A stretch of DNA of 64,000 nt from Betaproteobacteria bacterium (GTDB taxonomy: Bacteria; Pseudomonadota; Gammaproteobacteria; Burkholderiales; SG8-41), in NCBI GenBank assembly GCA_900299145.1, contig OMIN01000152.1:14886-78885 (forward strand), read 5' to 3'. The notes below the pieces were generated by a model that was not told where the DNA came from, did not search any database, and was given only the letters and a program-made list of their open reading frames with translations. The position numbers were made by a program, and so were the translations under genes. This document shows, piece by piece, positions 45,958 through 55,973 of this stretch (its first letter is position 1; the number at the start of each line of letters is the position of its first letter).

Positions 45958-47148
45958 ATGACGCCGCTGATAAAGCCCATGTGGATCGCCATGCTGCTGG
46001 TGGTGATCAACATGCTCGGCATGCGCGGCAGCAAGATTACGGTGTCGCTGATGTCGCTGGAACTCGGCGCTTCCCAGTTCATGGTAGGCGTGATTGTCGC
46101 GCTGTATTCGCTGCTGCCGATGTTCCTTGGCCTTTATGCGGGGAAGCTGACAGACCGGCTTGGCGTGCGGCTGCCAATTATTTTTGGCTCCACGGGCATT
46201 GCGCTGGGCCTGGCCATCCCGGGTTTCTTTCCGGTGCTGCCGGCGCTATTCGTGTCGGCGGCGGCGATTGGCGCGGCGCACATTTTTTACAACGTGTCGA
46301 TCCAGAACGCCATCGGCCTGATGAGCCCGAAGGAAGACCGCGCGCGTAATTTCAGCAATTTCGCGATGATGATGTCGATCAGCGGCTTTCTTGGTCCGCT
46401 GGTCAGCGGCATGCTGATAGATGCGTTTGGCCATGCCAAAACCTATCTGTGCCTGACGCTGGGGCCGGTTGCCGGCGTGATCATCATGCTGGCGTTACCG
46501 AAATTCGCGGCCAATCTGCGCGGCGGGGCGGAGGGCGGTAATGGTCGCAACGGTGGCAAGGGCGGCAAGGGTGGCGAAGACGAGGGTATCAAGCTTTCGG
46601 GCTTCGGGTTGCTTGGCAATAAGCCGCTGCGCCGCGTGATCGTGATGAGCGGCATACTGATGACGGCGCTGGATTTGCTGCATTTTTATATGCCGATCTA
46701 CGGGCATTCCATTGGCCTTGCCGCTTCCAAAATCGGCATGATCATGGCGGCGTTTTCGGCGGCGGCGTTCGTGGTGCGCGTATGGATGCCAGACATTGTC
46801 AAACGTTTCGGCGAACACAAAGTGCTGACGTTCGCGCTGGGCGTGGCGGCGGTGGCGTATCTGATTATTCCGTGGATTAAGCAGGTGCCGCTGCTGATGA
46901 TGATCACGTTCACGCTGGGCCTCGGCATGGGCTGCGGCCAGCCGCTGATCATGATGATGATCTACAACCGCGCACCTGAAGGCCAGTCGGGCGAAGCGTT
47001 GGGTTTGCGCCAAACCATCAATCACTTCACGCACATGGCAGTGCCGCTGGCGTTCGGCGCCATTGGCTCGGCGTTCGGTGTGTGGCCGGTGTTTCTTACC
47101 AATTCGCTCATGCTGATGGGTATCGGCTATGTCAGCAGAAGACGATAA
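45958..47148 (+). CDS. MFS transporter
   Basis: Start at ATG 45958 (MTPLIKPMW). 12-TM pattern. Gly/Lys-rich central loop (GGNGRNGGKGGKGGEDEG). The TAA stop lies in AT-element copy 14. Confidence 0.8.
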   Translation: MTPLIKPMWIAMLLVVINMLGMRGSKITVSLMSLELGASQFMVGVIVALYSLLPMFLGLYAGKLTDRLGVRLPIIFGSTGIALGLAIPGFFPVLPALFVSAAAIGAAHIFYNVSIQNAIGLMSPKEDRARNFSNFAMMMSISGFLGPLVSGMLIDAFGHAKTYLCLTLGPVAGVIIMLALPKFAANLRGGAEGGNGRNGGKGGKGGEDEGIKLSGFGLLGNKPLRRVIVMSGILMTALDLLHFYMPIYGHSIGLAASKIGMIMAAFSAAAFVVRVWMPDIVKRFGEHKVLTFALGVAAVAYLIIPWIKQVPLLMMITFTLGLGMGCGQPLIMMMIYNRAPEGQSGEALGLRQTINHFTHMAVPLAFGAIGSAFGVWPVFLTNSLMLMGIGYVSRRR

Positions 47149-47175
47149 GTAATTGTTTTTATTGAATAATTTCTA
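47146..47175 (+). repeat. AT-rich element, copy 14
   Basis: TAAGTAATTGTTTTTATTGAATAATTTCTA. Its TAA is the MFS stop codon. Confidence 0.8.
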
Positions 47176-47187
47176 TAAGGATGTGTC

Positions 47188-48165
47188 ATGAAAATCGCAG
47201 TGATGGACGACTATCAAGACGCGTTTCGCAAAACCAAAGCCGCGGCCAAGTTGCAAGGGCACGAGATCATCAGCTACACCTCGTCGGAAAAAGACCCGGC
47301 GAAATTCGGCGCGCGTGCCGCCGGCTGTGAAGTGATTGTGCTGACGCAGCAGCGTTCATTTCTGCCGCGCCCGATGATCGAAGCGCTGCCTGCATCGGTG
47401 AAGCTGCTCGCGCAAACCGGCCGCAACGTGCCGCACATCGACACGGCAGCGTGCACCGAACGCGGCATTATTGTGAGCGCCAGCGGCGGCGGCAATTCCA
47501 GCCCGACAGTGGAATTGACGTGGGCGCTGATACTGGCCTCCGTGCGCAACCTCGGCACCGAAATCAACAACATGCAAGCTGGCCGTTGGCAGTCGACGGC
47601 GGGCACGGGGCTGCGTGGCAAGACCCTGGGTGTTTACGCTTATGGCAAAATCGGCAGTGGCGTCGCGCAAGTCGGCAAGGCTTTTGGCATGAAGGTGATC
47701 TGCTGGGGCCGCGATGGCTCGACTGCCAAGGCGCGCGCCGACGGTTTTGAAGTGGCGGCGAGCCGCGAAGCATTTTTTGCCGAGAGCGATATCGTCACCA
47801 TCCATCTGCCGCTGAACAAGGAAACACGCGGCCTCATCACCGCTGCCGATCTCGCGCTGATGAAACCCACCGCGCGCATCGTCAACAGCAGCCGCGCGCC
47901 GATTATCGCCGAAGGCGCGCTGGTCGAGGCGCTGAAAAAAGGCCGCCCCGGCTTCGCGGCGATTGACGTTTATGAAATCGAGCCGACGCTCAATCGCGAG
48001 CACCCGCTGGTCAGCATGCCCAACGTGGTGTGCACGCCGCATCTGGGCTATGTCACGTGGGAAACTTACGAGCTCTATTACGACGCGGTGGTGGGCAACA
48101 TCCTTGCTTATCTGGCGGGCGCGCCGGCCAATGTGGCTAATCGCGAGGTGTTGCAGAAGAAGTAG
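47188..48165 (+). CDS. D-2-hydroxyacid dehydrogenase-family protein
   Basis: NAD-binding motif GVYAYGKIGSGVA and catalytic region CTPHLGYVT. Confidence 0.85.
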   Translation: MKIAVMDDYQDAFRKTKAAAKLQGHEIISYTSSEKDPAKFGARAAGCEVIVLTQQRSFLPRPMIEALPASVKLLAQTGRNVPHIDTAACTERGIIVSASGGGNSSPTVELTWALILASVRNLGTEINNMQAGRWQSTAGTGLRGKTLGVYAYGKIGSGVAQVGKAFGMKVICWGRDGSTAKARADGFEVAASREAFFAESDIVTIHLPLNKETRGLITAADLALMKPTARIVNSSRAPIIAEGALVEALKKGRPGFAAIDVYEIEPTLNREHPLVSMPNVVCTPHLGYVTWETYELYYDAVVGNILAYLAGAPANVANREVLQKK

Positions 48166-48228
48166 TTATCGCTTCCTGTTTCGCCCGGGAGCAGTGACGT
48201 AGATCGTAGCCGCTGGCTATAACTACCG

Positions 48229-48311
48229 CTGTCATTCCCGCGAAAGCGGGAATCCATACGTGGTCTCATGTGGCACTGTGTTATGGATTCCCGCTTTCGC
48301 GGGAATGACAG
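48229..48311. repeat. REPIN-type element
   Basis: CTGTCATTCCCGCGAAAGCGGGAATCCATACG ... TTATGGATTCCCGCTTTCGCGGGAATGACAG. Confidence 0.85.
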
Positions 48312-48477
48312 TGATGTATTGAGGATGCGATCACTTGCTCGTACGGTACCGTTTCTGCGCTTGGCCCCACGATACAGTACGAATTTGTAAGCAATTGTTT
48401 CGCGGCTACCATGGCCGCGAACTTTCACGTGCATGGGCAGTCAGGCTGGTATTCCCACAACGCCAAGGTTGCCTGCC

Positions 48478-49044
48478 ATGCATGACTTCAACCCAAATCG
48501 CGCCCGTTTCCTGTCTGTGCTGCTCGCCGGACTGTTGTGCGTGCCGTTGCTAGGCACAGTCACGCTGGCAGACGCAAACCCGCGCGACCCCCTCGCCAAC
48601 CCCGCCATTGATATGGACGGCTATCTGCGCGTCTCGCGCGAGGCGGCGCAGCATCGTGCATCACGGCGCATTACCGAAGCGGAGTTTCTGCGCATGAGCC
48701 GCGAGCCAAACACCATCGTGCTGGATGCGCGCAGCCCGCAAAAATACGACGAGCTGCACGTGAAGGGCGCGATCAATCTCGCGTTTTCGGATATCGCGGT
48801 GGAGAGTCTGGCGCGTACGATTCCCGACAAAAACACTCGCATCCTGATTTACTGCAACAACAATTTCGCCAACGCTGAAGAGCCATTCCCGCGCAAGCTG
48901 GCAACGGCGTCGCTCAATTTGTCGACGTATACCGCGCTTTACAACTACGGTTATCGCAACGTGTATGAACTGGGGCCGCTGGTGGCGCTGGAGAAATCAA
49001 AGCTGCCGTTTGCATCAACGCCAGGAAAGAGCGCGGCGCGGTAA
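48478..49044 (+). CDS. Rhodanese-like domain protein (secreted)
   Basis: Signal peptide starting at MHDFNPNRARFLSVLLAGLL. Rhodanese pattern IVLDARSPQKYDELHVKGAINL and ILIYCNNN. Confidence 0.7.
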   Translation: MHDFNPNRARFLSVLLAGLLCVPLLGTVTLADANPRDPLANPAIDMDGYLRVSREAAQHRASRRITEAEFLRMSREPNTIVLDARSPQKYDELHVKGAINLAFSDIAVESLARTIPDKNTRILIYCNNNFANAEEPFPRKLATASLNLSTYTALYNYGYRNVYELGPLVALEKSKLPFASTPGKSAAR

Positions 49045-49080
49045 TCTGGTGAGGCGAGCCCGAAATCGCAGGGCGGGTAC

Positions 49081-49635
49081 TCAGTGCAAATGCTTGCCGC
49101 GCGGATGCAGTGGTATCACCGTTGATGACCCGCTGTGTTCCGACGACGGCTGCTGCGCAGGGCGGCTCTTGCCGATCAGGTCGCTGATGAGGGTCGCGAC
49201 CTGATCGACTTCGGCCTTGCCCAAGTGCCGCGACAGCAGGTTGGTGGCGTCTTCCACCACGCACTGGCGGCGGAATTCGTGGATCGCTTCCGGCGTGGGG
49301 CCGACGAACACCTGAAAAAATTCGTCGTCGCCGTGGTCGGGGTAGTACGTTACCTCGACTTCAGAGGCGTATTCGGTGAGCGGCCCGATGTTTTGCACCG
49401 CCGCGGCGAGTTTGTCCTGAAAATTGCGCCCGACTTCGCCCGTCCAGCAAATATTGATGGTGCGCTCCTGCGCATCGAACACGATGCCCGGCTCCTCGCG
49501 CTCAAGACTGTGCGCGTCGGCCAGCGTGTCGACGTCCAGATATTCCAGCCACGGTCTTAAGGCTTGTTCCACCTGTTTCAGGCGCACGCCCTTGCATAAA
49601 AAAATCGAGCCGTGTACGTGTACTTCCGTTCTCAT
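49081..49635 (-). CDS. Hypothetical protein
   Basis: 184-aa ORF from ATG 49635 (MRTEVHVHG). Coding-like composition. No family recognised. Confidence 0.4.
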   Translation of the reverse strand: MRTEVHVHGSIFLCKGVRLKQVEQALRPWLEYLDVDTLADAHSLEREEPGIVFDAQERTINICWTGEVGRNFQDKLAAAVQNIGPLTEYASEVEVTYYPDHGDDEFFQVFVGPTPEAIHEFRRQCVVEDATNLLSRHLGKAEVDQVATLISDLIGKSRPAQQPSSEHSGSSTVIPLHPRGKHLH

Positions 49636-49696
49636 AGCGTTTCCAGTGTCACCGGCCCGCACCATCGCAGGCCCGTAGCGGATTATAACGTACGTC

Positions 49697-49724
49697 TAAA
49701 AAAATCAATTAAAACAAATACTTA
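49697..49724 (-). repeat. AT-rich element, copy 15
   Basis: TAAAAAAATCAATTAAAACAAATACTTA. Confidence 0.8.
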
Positions 49725-49748
49725 CGTTTTATAGCATCAAGTCCCATT

Positions 49749-50681
49749 TTACGCTTTATCGCGAAACCCGAGTGCCGCCAGCATGGCAGCCATTTCGGTT
49801 TGCTCTTGCGCAAGCTGCGCGGTCAACGCCACGCCGGTAACCAGCATCGGCGACAAACTTTGACGCGCCAGTTCCGGCGCCCATGACGCGGCTTGCGTCG
49901 CCTGTGCGAGCGCCTGCTGCCAAAAGGCGATTTGCGCGGCGTCAAGGCCCTGCGCGCCATGGACACCACGCCACGCGCCCAGCGTACACGGCACACCACA
50001 TTCAAGCCAGGTGGGCGTTTGTGCGTAGCTGCCGCCAAGCCGCGCGGGCGCGGATACCGCCAGTGCACGCAGCGTCCCGGCGTCAAGTTCGGGCACCGCA
50101 CTCGCGGCGGTTACTGCCGCGACATCGGCGTTGCCCGCCACCACATCCGCCACGGCATCCAGCGCGGAGTCGAACACGCGAATCACCGGCGCGCGTACGT
50201 CGCCGCCAACATGGAGTATCACCTGCGCCAGCGCGATGTGATTCGGATTGCCCGCCGCGGTGGAGAGCGCCACTGTGACTCTAGCGGTATCCGTGCGCAG
50301 CCGTTTCAGAAGATCGCCCGCGCTGCCAAAATGACTATCGGAGCGGTTGGCATGCGTAACGAACGCGATGTACTCGTTGTACAAAATCGCCAGCGGCGTG
50401 TAGTTGGCGTGGCTGAAGGCGGCAACGCCCGTCAGATAATCCGTAGTGAGATTGGGCGAGCTGATGCACAGCACGTGTGGGTCGCCCGCGCGCGCGTCCA
50501 CGCTTGCCCACACGCGGCGCGCGCCGTCGCCCGGCACGTTGACGACTTTGCAGGCGACGCCGTTCGATTGCAGCGCCGCTGCCAGCATGCGCGCCGTGCG
50601 GTCGAGGCCGCCGCCGGGCGGCGTGCCGGCGAGAATGTCGGTCTCGCGTTCAGGCTGCCAGCCGTTACGAGGTTCGGTCAT
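49749..50681 (-). CDS. Bug/TctC-like protein without a signal peptide
   Basis: ILAGTPPGGGLDRTARMLAAAL aligns with the mature N-terminus of Bug proteins. The ORF has no room for a leader. Its ATG overlaps the upstream stop (ATGA). Confidence 0.7.
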   Translation of the reverse strand: MTEPRNGWQPERETDILAGTPPGGGLDRTARMLAAALQSNGVACKVVNVPGDGARRVWASVDARAGDPHVLCISSPNLTTDYLTGVAAFSHANYTPLAILYNEYIAFVTHANRSDSHFGSAGDLLKRLRTDTARVTVALSTAAGNPNHIALAQVILHVGGDVRAPVIRVFDSALDAVADVVAGNADVAAVTAASAVPELDAGTLRALAVSAPARLGGSYAQTPTWLECGVPCTLGAWRGVHGAQGLDAAQIAFWQQALAQATQAASWAPELARQSLSPMLVTGVALTAQLAQEQTEMAAMLAALGFRDKA

Positions 50682-51397
50682 GTCAGCTTGAACAGCCGGC
50701 CCGCGCCCGGCACGTCACGTTTATCGTTCATCAGGCGCAGCATTGCCCACATCATCGAGGCGTTGCTGGTGACCACCGGCAGTTGGTATTTCTGTTCGAG
50801 ACCGTCGATGATTTCGAGCGTGCGGAAATTCGAGCAACTGATGAAGATAGCCTCGGTATCCGGGCGCACCACTTCCTCTACCAGCGCCAATATGCGTTCG
50901 CGCGTGATGGTGGAATGCGCCTCGGTGGAAAGGCCTTGCATCGCCAGCACTTCGAAACCGTCGGCGGTGAGGTATTGCTTCAGACGCTCGTTAAGCCACG
51001 GGGCATAGGGGGAAGCGAGGCTCAGTTTTTTTGCGCCGAGGGCGCGCAGGCCGTCGACAATGGCGCGTGATGAGGTGGCGCACGGAATACCGGTTTCGGC
51101 GCTGATGCGCGTGGCGAGTGCCGCGTCTTCGGCGGGCGTGTGTAAAAAGCCGCTGGCGGTGCAGCCGTAACCGATCACGCTGACCTTGGCGTGCGCCAGC
51201 AGTTGCGCGGCTGCCGGGGCCTGCACTGAAAGGCCCATCAGCCGTTCTTCGGTGTCGGCGGTGTGCGGAATGCGCATCGCGTGCACCGATGCGCCAGTCT
51301 GCCCCATATGACACAGGCGCTGAGTTTCATACTCCATCACCGTGTTCCATGAGGGCACGATGACGCCGATTTTTTGCTGCCAGGTGTCGATTACCAT
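50678..51397 (-). CDS. Asp/Glu racemase-superfamily protein (maleate isomerase/arylmalonate decarboxylase-like)
   Basis: IGVIVPSWNTVMEYE, GYGCTASGF and FISCSNFRTLE motifs. Start at ATG 51397. Confidence 0.7.
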   Translation of the reverse strand: MVIDTWQQKIGVIVPSWNTVMEYETQRLCHMGQTGASVHAMRIPHTADTEERLMGLSVQAPAAAQLLAHAKVSVIGYGCTASGFLHTPAEDAALATRISAETGIPCATSSRAIVDGLRALGAKKLSLASPYAPWLNERLKQYLTADGFEVLAMQGLSTEAHSTITRERILALVEEVVRPDTEAIFISCSNFRTLEIIDGLEQKYQLPVVTSNASMMWAMLRLMNDKRDVPGAGRLFKLT

Positions 51398-51557
51398 GGA
51401 TTCCTTTGAAAGGCCGCGCGCGATGTTGGCTCGGCCTGTTACGACAGTCAAACCGATCAAATAACAATTATCGAAATTTCAGGCAACAGAAGAAGTACTC
51501 AGATCACGGGCCGCGGGCGGGCGCGAGGCCGCTACTCTGCACAGCGGCAGTCGTGTA

Positions 51558-52397
51558 TCAGTGCGCGGCTGCCTGTTCCTTGATCGACACCCGCCAGTGG
51601 ATGCGGTCTTCCTCCGGCGGATAATCCCCCGCGGCCTTGTGGTATGAGCAGCGGTTGTCCCAGATCACGATATCGCCTTTTTTCCACTGGTGGTGGTACT
51701 CGGATGCCGGCTGCACCATGTAGCGGGTGAGGTCGTCGATAATGGCGTTGCTTTCCTCTTCCGCCAGCCCCTCGACGCGCAGAATCTTGCCGGGGTCGAA
51801 GTAAAGCGCCTTGCGCCCGGTTTCCGGGTGGGTGCGTACCAGCGGGTGAAACGCGGGTTGCTTGTTGCGGTCTTCCGGATTGAGCAGCTCGGTGGCCCTG
51901 CGCCGGCCGCCGTAAACATAAGCCCCCATGCGCCCGGCGATGCGCTGCTTTAACGCTTCCGGCAGTGCATCGTAGGCGGCATACATGCTGGCGAAGAGCG
52001 TATTGCCGCCGCGGCTGGGTATCGCCACGCCGTACAGTTGCGTGGCCTTGAACGGCACCGGGTCGTACGCGCCGTCGGTATGCCAACCTGACGCGCCGCG
52101 CGCGTAGATGGCCATATTGAGCTTGCCGTCGGCGTCGAACTTGTTCGCGCCGAGCAGCGTGATCTCCGGGCAATCCGGATGCCGGGTGCTTTTCGACGGA
52201 TGCGGGTCGATGCGGCCAAAGCGCCTGCTGTAAGCCAGAAATTCATTCAGTTCGAGATTCTGGCCACGAACCACCAGCACATTGCAATCGAGCCACGCGC
52301 GGTACAGTGTATCGAACGTTTCTTCATTCATGGTACGGACATCGACGCCTTCGGCGATCGCGCCGACTTGCGGTGTCATGCGGCGGATTTCTAGCAT
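51558..52397 (-). CDS. TauD/TfdA-family Fe(II)/2-oxoglutarate dioxygenase
   Basis: WHTDGAY, and VIWDNRCSYH near the C-terminus. Confidence 0.85.
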   Translation of the reverse strand: MLEIRRMTPQVGAIAEGVDVRTMNEETFDTLYRAWLDCNVLVVRGQNLELNEFLAYSRRFGRIDPHPSKSTRHPDCPEITLLGANKFDADGKLNMAIYARGASGWHTDGAYDPVPFKATQLYGVAIPSRGGNTLFASMYAAYDALPEALKQRIAGRMGAYVYGGRRRATELLNPEDRNKQPAFHPLVRTHPETGRKALYFDPGKILRVEGLAEEESNAIIDDLTRYMVQPASEYHHQWKKGDIVIWDNRCSYHKAAGDYPPEEDRIHWRVSIKEQAAAH

Positions 52398-52463
52398 GGC
52401 TGTCTCCTGGCGGTCTGCGGTGAAACGGATTCGGCAAAGTTTACCACCAGCAAACGAGGGGCA

Positions 52464-53429
52464 CTACTCGGGCCGGATATCCGCGCTCCTGACCACGCGC
52501 GCCCACTTGGTGGTTTCCGCCTTGAGAAACACGTCGAATTCCGCCGGCGAACTGCCGACGAGATCGAGCCCTTGTGATGAAAATTTTTCCCGCATGTCGG
52601 GCAGGGCGATGACGCGTAGTAACGCTCTGTGCAGGCGTGCAATTACGGTCCCCGGCGTGCCTGCCGGCGCCACGACGCCGTACCAATTATCGACTTCGTA
52701 GCCGGGCAGGGTTTCGTTCGCGGCGGGCAGCTCGGGCAACAGCGTGATGCGCTTGCGCGTGGTGGTGGCGATGGCGCGCAGACGGCCGGTTTTGACATGC
52801 TGCAAGCCGCTGACGACCGCGCTCACCGCGAACTGCGCTTCATTGCCCAGCAGGGCGCTGAACGCGGGCGCGGTACCTTTGTAGGGCACGTGTATGGTTT
52901 TGATTTTTGCAGCGGTATTCAGCAGCTCGCCGGCCAGGTGAGGAATGCTGCCGGTACCGCTGGACGAATAGTTGAGCTTGCCGGGATGGGCGATGGCATA
53001 CGCGATGAAATCCCGTAGCGAATTCGCGGGCACCGCCGGGTGCACGTATATCAGCGAAGACGTTGACACCACATGGCTGATCGCCGCGAAATCGCGTGGA
53101 ATGCTGAAAGGCAGTTTGGGATATAGCGCCGGGTTGATGGCGAAATTGCCCGTGGTGCCGAGCAGCAGGGTCTGTCCGTTGGGCGCTGCCTTGGCCACAA
53201 TGTCGGTGGCGACAATGCCGTTCGCGCCGGCGCGGTTATCCACCACCACCGATTGGCCAAGGCCGTCTGCCAGGGCCGGCGCCAACATGCGCGCGGCGGT
53301 GTCGATCGGCCCGCCCGGCGGGAAGCCGATCACCAGCCGCAAGGGTTTGGCCTGATCCGGATGTGCGCACGCCAGAGCGGGCATCGCGGCGATCAGCAGC
53401 CAGCGCAACGGATTACAGTGTCGCCGCAT
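52464..53429 (-). CDS. Bug/TctC-family substrate-binding protein
   Basis: Start at ATG 53429 (MRRHCNPLRWLLIAAMPALA), then KPLRLVIGFPPGGPID and VPYKG. Confidence 0.85.
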   Translation of the reverse strand: MRRHCNPLRWLLIAAMPALACAHPDQAKPLRLVIGFPPGGPIDTAARMLAPALADGLGQSVVVDNRAGANGIVATDIVAKAAPNGQTLLLGTTGNFAINPALYPKLPFSIPRDFAAISHVVSTSSLIYVHPAVPANSLRDFIAYAIAHPGKLNYSSSGTGSIPHLAGELLNTAAKIKTIHVPYKGTAPAFSALLGNEAQFAVSAVVSGLQHVKTGRLRAIATTTRKRITLLPELPAANETLPGYEVDNWYGVVAPAGTPGTVIARLHRALLRVIALPDMREKFSSQGLDLVGSSPAEFDVFLKAETTKWARVVRSADIRPE

Positions 53430-53654
53430 GAGGACTCCCTCGGATTTACTGCAAGGGCTGGCAGTGTATCGTACGGCAGCCCCCCACCAGACTTGACACT
53501 GGCGTGTGCGTGACGATACCGTCACCCAGCTCGCCGTGGCGACGCTGCCATGGCGGTGCGGGTGTCGTAAACAAAGCAAAGTGGCCGCTGCTAAACCAAC
53601 CCCATACAGCGCGGCTACCCTTACACTGAAGAAACTCAAAATGGTGATGTACGC

Positions 53655-54701
53655 ATGGCCATGACCCCATCTCACGAATCCCATGTCTGTCTGCGCGGGC
53701 GCAGTAGTGTGCCGTGGTTGCGCTACGTCGCGCGGTTGGGCGTGCCCCTGTTGGCTTGCGGGAATGCCCTCGCGCAGGGCGTGCCCGCTTCACAAGCCAC
53801 GCCGATCACCCGGCCCATCCGTCTGGTGGTGCCGTATGTGCCCGGCGGGCTGACGGACGTGCTGTCGCGTATTGTGGGTCCCTACATTGCCGAGGAGTTC
53901 GGTCAGCAGGTGGTGATCGACAATCGCGGCGGCGGCAACAGCACCATAGGCACGCAACTGATGGCGCGCGCGACACCCGATGGCCACACCATCGGCATGA
54001 TCGACGCGGCGTTCTTGATCAATCCCAGCCTGCTGAACAAAGTCCCCTACGAAACGCCGAAGGATTTCACCCCCATCGGGCTGGTTGCTATTGCGCCATT
54101 GCTGCTGGTGGTGCATCCGGCAGTGCCAGCCAAGTCGGTCAAGGAGCTGGTGGGCCTGGCGAAAGTGCAGCCCGGCAAGCTGGTGTTTGGTTCGGCGGGC
54201 AACGGCTCGGCGGTGCATCTGGCTGCGGAACAGTTGCGCGCCGCGGCGGGTGTCAACATCGTGCATGTGCCGTATAAGGGCGGCGGTCAGGCGATGGGCG
54301 ACGTGATCGGCGGGCAGATCACCATGCTGTTCATGGTGCAGGGTACGGCACGCCCGCACGTGCAAGGCGGACGCGTGCGTGCACTGGCTCACACGGGCGC
54401 AAAACGCTCGCGCGCCATGCCAGAAGTAATGACGTTTACCGAAGCAGGTTTTCCCTCGGTGGAGGCCGCTACCATCAACGGTTTGGTCGGCCCGGCCGGT
54501 TTGCCAAAGGACTACGTGCAGCGCGTAAACACCCGGGTGGCGCGATCCATGAATACGCGCGAGATGCAGGAAAAGATGACCGACTTCGGTGCGGAAATCC
54601 ACACCAACACGCCTGAAGAATTCGCCGCCTGGATTCGCAGCGAGATGGTTAAGTGGGCCAAGGCGGTGAAGGATTCGGGCGCGCGCGTCGACAACAATTA
54701 G
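53655..54701 (+). CDS. Bug/TctC-family substrate-binding protein
   Basis: Signal peptide followed by RPIRLVVPYVPGGLTD, NRGGGNS and VPYKGG. Confidence 0.85.
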   Translation: MAMTPSHESHVCLRGRSSVPWLRYVARLGVPLLACGNALAQGVPASQATPITRPIRLVVPYVPGGLTDVLSRIVGPYIAEEFGQQVVIDNRGGGNSTIGTQLMARATPDGHTIGMIDAAFLINPSLLNKVPYETPKDFTPIGLVAIAPLLLVVHPAVPAKSVKELVGLAKVQPGKLVFGSAGNGSAVHLAAEQLRAAAGVNIVHVPYKGGGQAMGDVIGGQITMLFMVQGTARPHVQGGRVRALAHTGAKRSRAMPEVMTFTEAGFPSVEAATINGLVGPAGLPKDYVQRVNTRVARSMNTREMQEKMTDFGAEIHTNTPEEFAAWIRSEMVKWAKAVKDSGARVDNN

Positions 54702-54801
54702 CCTTTGTGGTCGAGAGAAAAAGGCTGTGCTACAAGAAGCCTTGCAGGTCAGTGTCGAGCCCTGCCGGCGAGAGCGATCGTATGGTTTCCTGAGGAAAAT
54801 C

Positions 54802-55788
54802 ATGATGTTACGCAATGTCTTTTTAAGTTTGTTCGCATCCCTCGCACTAGCGTTGCCTTGCATGCAGGCCCGCGCGCAGGAATACCCGTCCAAGCCCGTT
54901 ACTGTCGTGCTGGTGCTTGCCGCGGGAACGGGGCTGGACGTCGCGGTGCGAACATGGGCCGCTCAACTCACGCAATCGCTGGGCAGGCAGGTTGTTATCG
55001 AGAACCGGCCGGGTGCAGATGGCATTCTTGCGGTGAACGCCGTCAAGAGCGCGCCCGCCGATGGCCATACACTGCTGGTGGCGACCAGCGGTGCATTGGC
55101 GATCAATCAGGCCATCTATAAACAATTGCCTTATGATCCGGCGAAGGATTTTGTGCCTGCGTCGCTGTATGTGAAATCACCTTTTGTGCTGGTGGTGCAC
55201 CCGTCACTGCCGGTGCGCACGGCGGCGGAACTGGTGGCGTATGTCAAAGCACGTCCGGGGCAACTGAACTACGGCGCTGCTGGCGCCAGTAGCGCGCCAC
55301 GCCTCTCGATGGAGTTGTTTGCGCAGCATTTTGGCCTCAACATTAATGTGGTTCCCTATAAGAATTCGATACAGGTGGTGACGGATCTGGCTGCCGGCCA
55401 GGTGCCCATGGCTTTCAGCGAAGCGGGTGCGGCGCAGCAATTCATCCGTGGCAATCGGCTGCGCGCGCTGGCGGTGTCATCACTGGCCCGGTTTAACTCG
55501 CTGCCGGATGTGCCTACGCTGGCCGAAGCCACGGCGCGACCGGGCCTCGAAGCAGCGTCTTGGCACGCGCTAATGGCGCCCACGGCCACACCGCGGCCCG
55601 TGTTGAACCGCTTGCATGGCGAGATGGCGCGCGCCATGAAACTACCGGAGGTCAATAAGGCGATTGCCAATCTCGATCTCATTCCGCTCACGCCTGCCTC
55701 CACTGAAGACACGCAACAATACATCGCGGCGGAAGCCAAGAAATGGGGTGACCTTGTGCGCAAGCTGGGCTTGGCGGGGTCGCAGTAG
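54802..55788 (+). CDS. Bug/TctC-family substrate-binding protein
   Basis: Start at ATG 54802 (MMLRNVFLSLF), then YPSKPVTVV, NRPGADG and VPYKN. Confidence 0.85.
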   Translation: MMLRNVFLSLFASLALALPCMQARAQEYPSKPVTVVLVLAAGTGLDVAVRTWAAQLTQSLGRQVVIENRPGADGILAVNAVKSAPADGHTLLVATSGALAINQAIYKQLPYDPAKDFVPASLYVKSPFVLVVHPSLPVRTAAELVAYVKARPGQLNYGAAGASSAPRLSMELFAQHFGLNINVVPYKNSIQVVTDLAAGQVPMAFSEAGAAQQFIRGNRLRALAVSSLARFNSLPDVPTLAEATARPGLEAASWHALMAPTATPRPVLNRLHGEMARAMKLPEVNKAIANLDLIPLTPASTEDTQQYIAAEAKKWGDLVRKLGLAGSQ

Positions 55789-55973
55789 TAACGCCGGTGT
55801 GATACCGTGCTCTTGCCCAGTCCGCATTGCACAGAGGTTGAAGAGACGTGGTCGTTTGCCGGCCGAGTTCGATACTTGCGCTGGGGCCGGGCGCGCCCGC
55901 CGGGAACAGAATCTTCTCCCGTAGCGGCATCACGCTCGGGTAGCTCCGCTCAACAAGAAAAATCCTCAAGCCC

